Assembly: GCF_009914755.1 (NCBI RefSeq)
Contig: NC_060926.1
DNA: 64,000 bases
Source: the human T2T-CHM13v2.0 reference genome, Homo sapiens
Direction: 5' to 3' (one strand)
The translations under genes were made by a program, and so were the position numbers. Under the pieces are notes generated by a model. The model was not told the origin of the DNA and did not search any database. It saw only the letters and a list, made by a program, of their open reading frames with translations. Below are positions 1 to 12,800 of this stretch, piece by piece (the first letter of the stretch is position 1; the number at the start of each line of letters is the position of its first letter).

Positions 1-909
1 ATTTATTTGAATCCTAGTTCCAGCACATTTCAATGGTGAAATTTTGGGTAAGTCCAATGTGAGTATGATAATACATGAATATCTAAGCCCTATTTAATTT
101 TCTCTTTTTCTTTCCCTAACTTGTTTCTTCTTTTTTCCTTTCTTCTGTCCTTCTTTTCTTTTTTTCTTTTCTTACCCACTTTTCATTTCTAGTTAGTGTC
201 AGTAATACACCTGGCCCTGTATTCAGTGAAATGGATAAAAAAAAGTTAACTAACTAGGCTTGCTTCCTTGTAAAGTTAGGTGGGGATGTTTGCATATAAA
301 TAAATCAATCTAGTGAAATTATAAGTGCAGTAACATTGCTAGTGAGTACACATTTTAGAAGGACAAATGTGAATGCAATCAACTTAGCTAACTGAAAGAG
401 GGATGCCAAGAAAATATGGAAGAACAAACGGAATTTGAACAGGAATTTGAAGAATGGCAGGTGACTTCTAGGGGCTATAAGGCAATTTAATGGGGATGCT
501 TTACTTGCTTTACTGATTTTTAGCAATTGGTTAAGCCAGCAGAAATTGGTTAAGTCTGGCAACATGCAAAACGTATCATTTTTCCAAAAAGAAAAACGTT
601 TTGAAGTGAAAGAGAGGCACTTACTTGAAGCAGGCTGTTTCAGAGTTGGAGAACTCAATGATGCTCCAGTGAAAATACTAGAGAGAAGAAATTCTGGTCC
701 TGTGTAAAATGTGAGCTCTTCATATTCCCTGTTTAATATGAATAATTGGATAATTACTATATCATAAGTGCAACAATAATAACAGCAAGATTATGGGGTG
801 GTATGAAGAAGAAAGATGCAGATGAAGGAATCACACTAGATTTCCTAGAATTGATAATGCATAAACTGAGTTTTAAAAGATGAATATGAATTAGAAAGTT
901 CAGCTTATG

Positions 910-1236
<327 letters not shown>

Positions 1237-1276
1237 TTAAGGAGAAAAGCAGATAATGAAGGGCCTGTTTGTCATA

Positions 1277-1749
1277 CAGTAGTCCCCGCCTTATCCACAG
1301 AGGATAGATAATACTGAATCTTTTATATACTATATTTTTTCTTTAATATATGTATGTACCAATGATAAAGTTTAATTCATAAATTAGGTAAGAGATTGTA
1401 AGATTATAACTTATAATACAATAGAACAATTATAGCAACATGCTGTAATTAAAGTACGATAAAGTTTACTTGATCACAAATTCTGTGATGCTGCAGTCAA
1501 TCTGGTAACCGAGAAGGCTGTGAAGTAAGTATACAGCATGTATATGCTGGACAAAGGGATGATTCACGTCCTGGGTGAAGCAAAGCTGGACAGCACATGA
1601 TTTCATCACACTATTCAGAATCGTGTGTGCAATTTAAAACTTATGAATTGTTTATTTCTGGAATTTCCCATTTAATATTCTTGGACTGAGGTGGACTATG
1701 GGTAACTGAAATCTTGGAAAGTGAAACCTTGGATAAGGAGGGACTACTT
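1277..1749 (+). mobile_element. MER44B-like Tigger7-derived MITE
   Basis: Terminal inverted repeats cagtagtccccgccttatcc / ggataaggagggactactt, flanked by TA on both sides. Confidence 0.85.
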
Positions 1750-2866
1750 TACTGAAGAACTTGAATTTTATAAAAGTAAAGGGGAGTGTGAGTTATTCCT
1801 GCTACATTTTTTAGAGGCTTCTATATTCTGGACAAGTTTTCTTGTGGTCTTGGTCCTCCGTGGGATTTATCTCTGCTCTTAGTATCTTCAGTTGCAACTG
1901 TCAGCTCTCCCTGAAGTAATTCCCCTGGACTCTCCCTGGCTCACCTAGTCCAGACTTTTGTGGGTACTCAGCTGGCTCATTTTGGTCCCAGTGGGTTCAT
2001 ATTGTCATATCCAATATGGTGTAATTGGTTTGAGTTCAGGTAATGTATATGACTTGCTGACAGATGACTCTTGCTGCTACATTGTATAAGGAAATAAGTT
2101 TAAAGATAATCTGACACTTGCAGATCAATGTTACTTTCCACACAGAAGAGTTTTTCTATCACTAGAATCAAGACTAAAGCTCAGCACATTTGTGTCTAAA
2201 AAAAAAAAAGAAAAAATTAATCTCTGATTTACTTCCTCATCAGGATATTCTATAATTACCACACATGGGCATCATTGTCAGTGAAGAAAGTAATTTTGGA
2301 ATTTGTTTGGAACCAAATGGCAATAGGAAAGATTATACATAAAATCTTTTGCTTTGTTGCTTGCTATATCTCAGCCTGGATGTTTCAGGTAAGAAATTAT
2401 GTATTACATATATGTCATGCAAGAAAGAACATAAATGATTTATAATATTTAGTCTGACTCTGATTCATTTTAATCTTATTTCTTTTTATTTAGAAAGTGA
2501 AAAACAAGCAAAAACATCCTAGTATCATTGTACTCTTTATATACCTAATTAGAACTACTCAAGTCATTTTCTGGCAGTGTTTTCTCTGATTCAATTCCAG
2601 AGAACATACATAATTATCAAGGTAGTTTCAACTTTCCTAATTTTTTTTTTCATTTAGTAAATTAATTTTAAGTTCAAGATTTTCACATCTACTTCATACA
2701 TAATGGGGAGATAGATGCCTATGAGGTGTTAATATTCTCCTTTTCTGAGGACACTACAGAAAGGAATTAAGTTACCTTACATGGGGAAGAAAGCTTATAG
2801 AGCTTAATAGACATTAGAACATAGAAGTTTTTTAAAACAAGTGATTTTTAGAGAATTATTTATTCT

Positions 2867-3226
2867 GATTTTTGTAACTTTTAAGTTCTGGGGTACAGGA
2901 ACAGAATGTGCAGATTTGTTACATAGGTAAACATGTGTTATGGGGGTTTGCTATACAGATTATTTCAGGTATTAAGCCTAGTATCCATTTGCTATTTTTC
3001 CTGATCCTTTCCTTCTTCCCACCTCCACCCTCTGGTAGTAGGCCCCAGTGTGTGTTGTTCCCCTCTGTGTGTCCATGCGTTCTCATCATTTAGCTTCCAC
3101 TTATAAGTGAGAACAATTGGTATTTGGTTTTCTGTTCCTGAGTTAGTTTGCTAAGGATAATGTCCTCCAGCTCCATCCAAGTCTCTGCAAAGAATGTGAT
3201 CTTGTTCTTTTTTATGGCTGCATAGT
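2867..3226 (-). mobile_element. L1PA (about PA13) 3' end, 5'-truncated
   Basis: ttaagttctggggtac...tacagattatttc...ggtattaagcctagta...atggctgcatagt; TSD-like gagaattatttattct / gggaattatttatcct. Confidence 0.9.
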
Positions 3227-3489
3227 GGGAATTATTTATCCTAAAAAAAGTTTGCATAGTGGGAATTATTTGTTCTAAAACATGGATGATGTAGATTAAA
3301 ACTTCTGAAGATCATCGATGAAACTAGTCCTGATCTTGTCCTTTAAATTTACATTATGTAATTTTGCATGCTCTAAAAATAATAAGAAATTTTACAAAGA
3401 ACTCTTAATGGACTTTGAACAAATGTCCTTTAAGACCATAGTATTTGTCTTCCGTGGGAGCTCATCTAAGTGTGGAGCTCATCTGCATA

Positions 3490-3650
3490 TTCCTTCATTT
3501 ATTTGTCAAGTATTTATTTATCTTCTCAATTCCTTGCATCTGCTAGTTGCTGAAGACACAAAAAGGAAAACACACAGTCTCTGATCTGAAGGATTGCAGA
3601 GTCTACTGTAGAGGTAATTGGTTGGTAAACAAATAATTTCACATAATGTA
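3490..3650 (-). mobile_element. L2 3' end remnant
   Basis: cttcatttatttgtcaagtatttatt...ctgaagacaca...gtctctgatctgaagg pattern. Confidence 0.55.
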
Positions 3651-3829
3651 ATGGCCCCATTTCTTTTTCGGATATAGACATTTGCAAAGACAAACTTGCT
3701 CATCCCAACAGCGAAACTCAGAAAAGTGACAAAATAGATGGTTAAAATTCCATTATTGTCATGAAACACACATTGTGTAATTTCAATTATTTTAAAAAGG
3801 CTGAGATTTTTTCATGGCTAAGGATGGTC

Positions 3830-4230
3830 GATCTTGGTGAATGTGAATCACTTATTGATTTTTGAATGTTAAATAAGCTTTGCCTTCTTGAGACAAATCT
3901 CATTCAGTTATGATGCATTATCTATTTTTATATATTACTGAATACAGCTTGCTAATATTTTGTTAAGATTTTACACCTTTTCTCATGACAATTTCATATT
4001 TTCATCTACTTTTGGTATTAAATTCATGCCGGTTGCATCTATCTTCTGGAAGCGTTTTTGTACATTGGTATTACTTCTTTCTTAACTGTTTGATAGAATT
4101 GCCCAGTGAAGTCATTTAAGCCCTGGAAATTTCCTGGTTGAAAGGGTGTAAACTGCAAGTCCAATTCATTTCCATAAATACAATATCATTTTGATTATTT
4201 ATTTTTAAGTAAGAATTGATAATTTGCCTC
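3830..4230 (-). mobile_element. Old L1M ORF2 fragment
   Basis: ttgatttttgaatgttaaa...ttgctaatattttgttaagattt...cccagtgaagtcatttaagccctgg. Confidence 0.75.
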
Positions 4231-4259
4231 TTAATTTGTTCACTTCATGTCAGTTCTTA

Positions 4260-7200
4260 ATGTATGAATATAATGTCATCTACAGTAATAGAATCAAATT
4301 AGAAATCAATAGAAGAATGACAACAGGAAAATCACAACACATGGAAATTAAACAACAAATTTCTAAAAAATTTATTGGTCAAACAAGGAATCTTATAAAA
4401 ATAAAAATACATAGAGATGAATAAACATGAAGGTACAATGTCTAAAAACATGTGGAACAACTTTGTTTGGATGAAATGACATACCCCAGTTTTCCCTGTT
4501 CCAAACCCTTATATGCAACTATAAATTCTGGAAGTGACAAAAGAGACAAAAAAAGAACTCTGAAAAGTAATCGAAAAAAATAAATCAAGGGTCCTAGGAC
4601 AGGAGGAATGAAACAAAGACAGGGTGTCTGTTGTTCCAAAAGTACCAACAGAGGGAGGACATCCAGACTGAGCATTTTCCTCACCATTTAGTTAGAGACA
4701 TAACTAAAAAGAGCCTATCTTTTTTCAAGTTGGGCAGAAATATAACTAAACAAACTAGCAGAATCTATTGACATATACAAAACACTACACAGGTGCAACT
4801 ACAGCAGAATACATATTGTTTTTCACTTCATGAGCCCATGAAATATTCACCAAGTTGTACCATATCCTTGGCTATAAAACAAACATAAAGTATTTTAAAT
4901 TAATATAAAATTTTTAAAAAGTGAAATCAGTAGTATAATGATAAAAAAATTTCTAAGCCTTAAAATTAAATAGTGAACTTTTAAATAACCCATGTGTCAG
5001 AAAAAATGTTCAAAAAGAAATGTAAAAATATATAAAAAAGAATAAAATAGAAAAGTCAACTTATAGTGATTTGTAGGGAGCAGCTAGAGCAAAATTTAGA
5101 GGACAATTTACAGCACTAAATGCTTTCATTACAAAGGAGAAAGGTCTTAAATTAGTAATAGATGTTCTTACCTCAAGACACTGAAAAAGGAAGAGCAAAT
5201 TAAACTGAAAGCAAGCTGAAGGAAGAAAATAATATCAGAACTAAAAAATTAAAGTGAAAAAGACAGAATATTGAGAAAATCAGTGGAACAAGTATTTATC
5301 CGAATAAATCAATAAAATTGATAAGCCTTTAGCAAAATTAACAAAGATAAAAAGAGAGACAACCTAAATCATTAATATCAAGAATAAAATAGGTAAATAT
5401 ATCCTACAGGCATCAGAAAGATAATATCACATTATGAATAACTTTACAAACACACAGACATGAATTTAAAAACCTGTAAGAAGTGGATTCTTGAATGGAT
5501 TCCATAAATTCTAAAATTTACCAACACAACCAAAATGAAATAATCTGAATAACTTCATAAACTTCAAGAAATTGAATTTATAATTAAAATTTTCCACCCT
5601 CCAAAAAAATCTAAAACTAAATTTTTTCACTGGAGAATTTCATCAATTTAAATAATATCAGTTTGACAATATCTACTAGAAAAAAGTGCAGTCCAGTCTA
5701 TCGCTGTATCTTAAAAAAAAGAAATAGAGGAGGGAACACTTTATAACTCATTTTATGAAACTGGTATTACCTTGATACCCCAAAAAGTATAAAATAGTAT
5801 TAATAATGAAGGCCAATATCTCTCATGAATTTAGCTATAAAATCCCCTTCAATATATTAGCTTACTTAATCAAGCAATGTTTAGAAAAAATTATATACCA
5901 TGTGTGATGGTTAATACTGGGCATCAACTTGATTGGATTGAAGGATACAAAGTATTAATCCTGGGTGTGTCTGTGTGGGTGTTGCCAAATATATTAACAT
6001 TTGAGTCAGTGGGCTGGGGAAGGCAGACCCATCCTTAATCTGGTGAGCACAATCTAATCAGATTCCAGAGAATATAAAGCAGGCAGAAAAACATAAAAAG
6101 GAGAGACAGGCCTAGCCTCCCAGCCTACATCTTTTTCCTGTGCTAGATGCTTCCTGCCCTTGAACATCAGACTCCAAGTTCTTCAGCTTTGGGACTCAGA
6201 CTGGCTCTCCTTGCTCCTCAGCTTGCAGACAGCCTATTGTGGGACCTTGTGGTTCTGTCCCTCTAAGAGAACCCTGACTAATACACCATGACCAAATAGG
6301 AAATATTCCACAAATGTCAGGATGGCCTAATGTTTGAAGGTTGGTCAATCAATATAACCTACCAGATCAAAACCTAAAGAAAAAATTATCTATCAACTAA
6401 TGCAAAAAAATATTAGACAGAAGTTAACATCCAGTCATGAAACAGCCTTATAAAATAAAAATAGAGGGGAATTATCTCAACTTGATAAAGAACAATTATT
6501 AAATACAAAAAAAATTACAATGACAGCATATTTATAGATAAAAGACTGATTATTTTCCTCCTAAAATACAGAACAAGCGAGAATGCCCATTCTTACTATT
6601 CCTATTCAACATGTTATTGAAGTTCTAGCCACTGTAATTAAGGTAAAAAAGTAATGTATAAGACATACAGATTTGAAATAAATAAATAAAATGATCTCTA
6701 TTTGCAGATGGCATGACATAATTGTCTATGTAAAAAATCTCAAGAAATCTAATAATATTAATAACTCCTCCTGGAATTTATATGTAAGTTAAGCAAGAAC
6801 ACAGGATAAAAGATCAACAAAAAGTTGATCACATTTATATGTACTAAAAATACTCATGCAATCAACAAAATTAAAAGCACAATACCATCTACAAATGTTC
6901 CAAATATAGTAACATATTTCAGTACGCTATTAACAAACATGCAAAAGATCTGTATATGAAGTATTTTAAAATGTTGATGATAGAAATCGAAGAAGATCTC
7001 AATAACTAGATAAACGTACCACCATCCTAATTTGCAGAAGAGTGTAGTAGCATATTGGTGGAGACAAAGAAACTTAATGAACTCAGATAAAGACTCACAA
7101 ACTTATGCTCAACTGATTTTTGACAAAGAAGCAAAAATGTTCAATTTCAGCTAAAGGTACTGGAACAATTGGAAGTTTACAAGGAAGAAAAATGAAAGAA

Positions 7201-8200
7201 ACCTTGAACTAAATATCATACAAAAATTGAAATAGACTTAAATGTAAACATAAAACTATAAAACATTTGGAGAAAAGCATTTAATTCCCTAACTCCCCCA
7301 CCAAAAAAAAAATGCACAACAGAAATAGAAGAAAGTTTTCAGTATATAGGCAAGGCAAGGAGTTCTTAAACTTGACAAGAAAGAATTACCTAGAAAAGGA
7401 AAAACTAACAAATAGGACTTCATCAAAATAAAAACTTCTGCTGTGTGGAAGCCTATGTGAAAAAGATACAAAAACAAACTACAAAATGTGAGAAAATATT
7501 TGCAACTGACATATCTGACACAGGAGTAGTTTCTATATTATATAAAGTCCTATTCAAAATCAACAGTACAAACATCCAAATAACTGACCATACCAAGTCC
7601 TGGTGAGGATGCAGAACCACTGGAATTGTGTACATTGCTGGCATAAATCCAAAATGGTATAACCATTTTTGAAATTGGTTGGGCAATTTCTCATTAAGTT
7701 TATTATTATTATTAATTACCATATGTCCCAGCAATATCACTCCTGTTATTTACCCTTGTGAAGAAAACCTGTTCATGAATAGTTTATTAAAAATCACCTA
7801 AACCTGGTAAAAGCACAAACATCTTTCATTTGCTAAATGGTTAAATAAACTGTGATGCATTCATACAATAGATTATTTCTCAGCAATAAAAAGGAGCAAA
7901 CTATGTACCATTCTGTGCTAAAAACATCAGACTCAAAAGGATGTAAACTCTATTACTCTATTTATATAGGATTCTGATCAAGGTAAACCTATCAGTGGCT
8001 ATTTAGGGGTAGGAGTTGGAAGAATGAGACTGCAAAGGAACACAAGACATTTTTGGTCTGTTCTACATTTGTGCAAAGGAGCACAGGACATTTGATCTCT
8101 TCTACACTTTAATTATGGTGATTGCTAAAGGACTGTGTATCTTGTTAAAACTCTCAGAATTGCACACTGAAGAGAGGATTCAGCATTTTACTTTTATTTA
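4260..8200 (+). mobile_element. Old L1M (L1MC/MD-like) ORF2 to 3' end, degraded mosaic interrupted by MLT2A1
   Basis: A-rich L1 ORF2 landmarks: aatcaataaaattgataagcc, tctctatttgcagatggcatg, caactgatttttgacaaag; 3' UTR aaactctcagaattgcacact. Confidence 0.85.
5903..6285 (+). mobile_element. MLT2A1-type (HERV-L) solo LTR with an internal 3' deletion
   Basis: TGTGATGGTTAATACT...CCCTGACTAATACA termini; perfect 5-bp TSD CCATG (5898-5902, 6286-6290). Confidence 0.93.
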
Positions 8201-8617
8201 ATAAAAATATAAATGGCATAAAAATTGTGAAACACCTAGGAATAAATGGAAAAACAGACATGTAAGACCAAACAACTATAAAACTATTGAGAGAAATTAT
8301 ATAAATGGTGAAATCCATTATGTTCAGGGATTGTAAGACCCAAAGTTGTTCATTGCCCATTCTCTACATTTATTTAAAGGTTTAATGGAATTTCTACCAA
8401 ATTTCCAACAGGCTTTTCATTTAAAATAAATTCTAAAATTTATTTGGAAAGGTTAAGTTTGTTAATCAGCAGAAAAAAATCTTGAAAACAATGAACTAAG
8501 TTGGAAGACGTATTACTTGATTTTAAGATTTACTCGAAAGCTATACTAAACAATCATTGATTAAAGGCTGCATAAATATTTCTGTGTAACAATAGAAAGT
8601 CATATGTGATATATATG

Positions 8618-8652
<35 letters not shown>

Positions 8653-9585
8653 TGTGTGTGTGTGTAGGCAGTTTATTTTCAACAAATATACCAGAGCAAT
8701 TAATGAGAAAAAAATTTACAAGTGTTTTCACAAAAACTGTTTTGTGTTTTCATATGAACATTGACACTTTTCCTTCTCAGACACAAGGAGTATTCTGAAA
8801 TGGATCATAGGCCTACACATGAAATTCAGAATCATAAGGCTTCTAGAGACTGTAATAGAAAATTTATAATTTTGTGGTAAGTACAGATTTCATGGACAGG
8901 ATAAAATAAGCACAAACCATAAAAAAGTCTAAAATTGGATTTTATCAAAATTAAAAATTTTACTTATCAAATGACAAGATTAAGGACACAAATAGGCAAG
9001 CTACTCTCTAGGAAAAATAGTTGCAGCAATATATGAAAAAGGAACTCTACCCAGAATACATAAAGAATATTTATAAATCAATATTTAACAATATAATAAT
9101 TACTAGGTAACATAATTGAATAGACTCTTTAAAAAATGAGACATACAAATGGTCTGTAAGGCATGAAAAGATATTCGGCATCACTATTAGTCAGGGACAT
9201 GGAAATTATAGTTACAATGATATTCCACTTCATGCTTACTAGAATGGTGAAAATTAAAAATAACTAATAAAAACATATCTAAGGAGATGGGAAAACTGGA
9301 GTCTTGATACATTGCTAGTGGGAGAATAAGATTCAAACATTTAAAAAATATATACCAATTTTCTAGCAAGTTTAATCATAACAGCCTCCAGCTGGAAAAT
9401 AAAGTCCTTCAACTTGTGAATGGATAAACAAATTGTGTTACAGCCATACAATTGAATACTTGATAGCAATTTGAAAAAGTCTACCATATTAATCAAAAAC
9501 ATTAATATCAAAAATATTGTATTAGGTTAAAGGAGCCTGCCCAACACAATAGAATACATAGGATATAATATCATTCATATTGAAT
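8200..9585 (+). mobile_element. Second old L1M (L1ME-like) ORF2/3' fragment
   Basis: aaacacctaggaataaat...aactataaaactattgagagaaatt...gaatggataaacaaattgtg. Confidence 0.75.
8619..8665. repeat. (TG)n microsatellite
   Basis: Direct reading; one tc interruption. Confidence 0.98.
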
Positions 9586-9586
9586 A

Positions 9587-9714
9587 CAGTAAGTCCTCAA
9601 TGTCATTGATAAGTTCTTGAAAAATGAGACTTTAAGCGAAACGATGTATAATGAAACCAATTTTTCCATAGACTAATTGGTATAAATAAGAGCTAAGATT
9701 CTACGACATATTTC
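9587..9714 (+). mobile_element. MER82 (Tigger) 5' fragment
   Basis: ta|cagtaagtcctc...gactttaagcgaaacgatgtataatgaaaccaattt. Confidence 0.8.
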
Positions 9715-9834
9715 ATGATGATTCTGGTGTAAACTGAGTTTGAAAACCGGTGTTCAGTGGGAAAGAGTATGATCAGAAAAAAACATTTTCATGGCTGCAA
9801 GATCCAGCACCTTCCTTCTTGGCTCTTCATCTAT

Positions 9835-9960
9835 GTTCCATCCTAGAAGATTAGGATCTGATTATTTTATGTAGGTCTGAGTTGGCCCTTAGGTATTTAC
9901 ACTATAATAAATTCCATCGGATGCTGCTGCAGCTGGACTAGACACCACAGAAAACCGAGG
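9835..9960. mobile_element. MER5-like hAT remnant
   Basis: gtaggtctgagttggcc...gatgctgctgcagctggactagacaccac. Confidence 0.5.
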
Positions 9961-10100
9961 ATTATATAATTAAGGACAAAAAGCGTCTTTATATGAGGAA
10001 AGGGAAGCTTTCTAGAGAAGGTGATACCAATGTGAGCCTAAAAGGGATAGGTTTTGGCCACAAATGTAAGAAGTAATTTCTATTTTTAAGAAATAATATG

Positions 10101-10138
10101 TGCACATGTACCCTAAAACTTAAAGTATTAAAAACAAA
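10101..10138 (+). mobile_element. Extremely 5'-truncated L1PA 3' tip
   Basis: tgcacatgtaccctaaaacttaaagtatt plus A tail; TSD aagaaataatatg / aagaaatagtatg. Confidence 0.85.
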
Positions 10139-10153
10139 AAGAAATAGTATGCA

Positions 10154-10588
10154 GAGTTGACTTTTAAATAATGCAGAAGTTGGGGAACCGTCACCCCACC
10201 AATGCAGTCAAAAATCCACTTATAAATTTTGACATCTCAAAAACTGAACTACTAATAGCCTACTGTTGATCAGAAGCCTACTGACAACATAAACAGTCAA
10301 TTAATTCATATTTTGTATGTTACATGTATTACATTCTTACGCTAGCATAAGCTAGAGAGAAGAAAATGTTATTAAGGAAATTATAAGGAAGAGAAAATAT
10401 ATTTACTATTCATTAAGTGGAAGTGGTCATAAAGGTCCTCATCTTTACCATCTCCATGGTGAGTAGTTGGAGGAGGAGGAGGAAGAGGAGGGTTTGGTCT
10501 CACTGTCTCAGGGGTGGCAGAGATGGAAGAAAAGCCACCTATAGGTGGATCTCTGCAATTCAAACATGTGCTTGTAGAGAGTCAACTG
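10154..10588 (-). mobile_element. Tigger2a
   Basis: TIR-like gagttgac / gtcaactg; ggaggaggaggaagaggag...ctgtctcaggggtggcagag internal block. Confidence 0.85.
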
Positions 10589-10744
10589 GAATAAGAGGAC
10601 TACCAGCCAGTCAAAAGCTACATGCTTAGAGTTGAGATGATGTGAATTAATTAGGTTGGTGGGAAAATCAATAAGAATAGTAAAGAGATATGTTATTCTA
10701 TCATTAAAATGCCATTGGGCAATAGTAGAAAATAAAGGCTGCAT

Positions 10745-11129
<385 letters not shown>

Positions 11130-11339
11130 CTACTTGCTTCACCAATTGACTCTCAAGTCCTTTGGAACTGGATTTCTGCTTTGTGGCCACGTGAATTGAT
11201 CTTAATCTGCTGCTTGCTAATCTCTAAACCTGTCACGCTGGTCTCTTCATATCTTTCGTGTGTATCTCATTCTGTTCTCCTCATCTAATTTCCTTTTGCC
11301 AGTAAAGAAATTTGTTTAGTGTAATACACACTTCACTGT

Positions 11340-11480
11340 CATTTTACATATCTTAGCCAGTTTTTTAACCTGACAACTGCTACTGAGATATGTATTGTTC
11401 CACTTTCCAGTGGAATTAGGGCTCAGATGGCTTAAGTGTCCTATCCAAGGTCATATGGGTTGTTAGAGACAGAGTGATCC
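11340..11480 (-). mobile_element. MIR remnant
   Basis: agggctcagatggcttaagtgtcctatccaaggtcata core. Confidence 0.6.
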
Positions 11481-12379
11481 TGCAGAAATCTTCTTCATAT
11501 TCTTAGATTATTACTAATTTTGATTCACTCTGGCTTCAGGATTGCTTTCTGGGAAGTCAGTGGAAATAAGAAGAAATCATTCTTAGACTCTTTCCAAAGC
11601 ATAACTCTTAATGTTTGTTGCTGCCTTTTAATTTTCCCCTGCTGCCTCCTATTACTCTTCTCAGTAACTGCATTATTTAACTCTATTAAATATTTAGGAG
11701 TGCAGTATGAGAGATGTCATACAAAATAAAGTTTTATTATCCACAGGATACAGGTACACACATAAATTATGTGCACAGACAGATGCACAATCCAGAGAAA
11801 GATTATGCCCCTGGGGGAATGACAATTGTTGTATCATCTGCCTGAGCTCATATTCTTTAACTTCTTTCCTCTCAGGCTTGGGTCGTGGCATGGCTATTTA
11901 TGCCTTTCTGATCTTGAAGTGGAATGACCTCACTGCTGTGTTCTGCTAGGAGACAATGTCAGGGCTGATCAGAGAGCTGATTCACTGTGCCCCATGTAAC
12001 AGAATTCATCCCTCAAAAGGAGTAAAGGTCAGGAATCTCTTAGATAGTTCCAGTTCTGTGGTTACAGACTGCATCCATTTCCAGAATGTTTAGCCTCTAA
12101 CTCATAGGCAAGGTGACATGATGGCTAAATGGCAAACTTAGAACTAGAATCCTGTATTTGCTAATGTTGAAAATTCTTTGCATTTACTTTTGGGTTCCAG
12201 AAGTTAGTTTTGCCCTCCTATATTGAATGTGGTGATTGTTGACCAGTGGTGACAAAGTGACTGTGGGCAGAAAGAATAAATCATGCTGACTTTCTGAACA
12301 TAACTTCTAGAGCAGCAACATCTGCATATCCATACTGCCTCTTCCTCTGATGGTCTTTCCACCTGCATGCCTTTATGTA

Positions 12380-12640
12380 CACAAGCATTGAGCCCTGGCA
12401 AATAGTTACTACACAATAAACATTTGCTTATCCATTCCTTTTTTTAACAAATATTTATTTGTAAAGATTTTATGCTAAATATTGTTTTAGCCACTGAGGA
12501 TAAAACCCTAAGTGATAGAAACAGATTGTACTCTCTAGATCCTAGCTGGGGAGACAGCTACAATTAAATAAATACATAAATGAATGAGAGTTGCTTAGTG
12601 CAGTGGAAGTGTATAAAGGGAGTTTTGGAATACATTATTT
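12380..12640. mobile_element. L2 3'-end remnants (opposed pair)
   Basis: cctggcaaatag...caataaacatttg, then aacaaatatttatt...ctagctggggagacag. Confidence 0.5.
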
Positions 12641-12800
12641 ATTGAATGTTTAATAAGTAAATATGTGTCATAAGTGAATGTATGTCTGAATTACATAAAA
12701 AAGATTACCCTTTAGCTCCTGATGGACAATAAAAATAATAATAAGTGGAGGTTGTAAAACCAATATGGGGTTAAATAAAAAAATATGGTGGTGATGGCAC

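Noticed and set aside
305-658. 117-aa minus-strand ORF
   Set aside because: Non-ATG start, no recognisable domain, overlaps degraded L2-like purine-rich sequence
10650-10670. MADE1-like ttaggttggtg start (also near 45419)
   Set aside because: No matching inverted terminus
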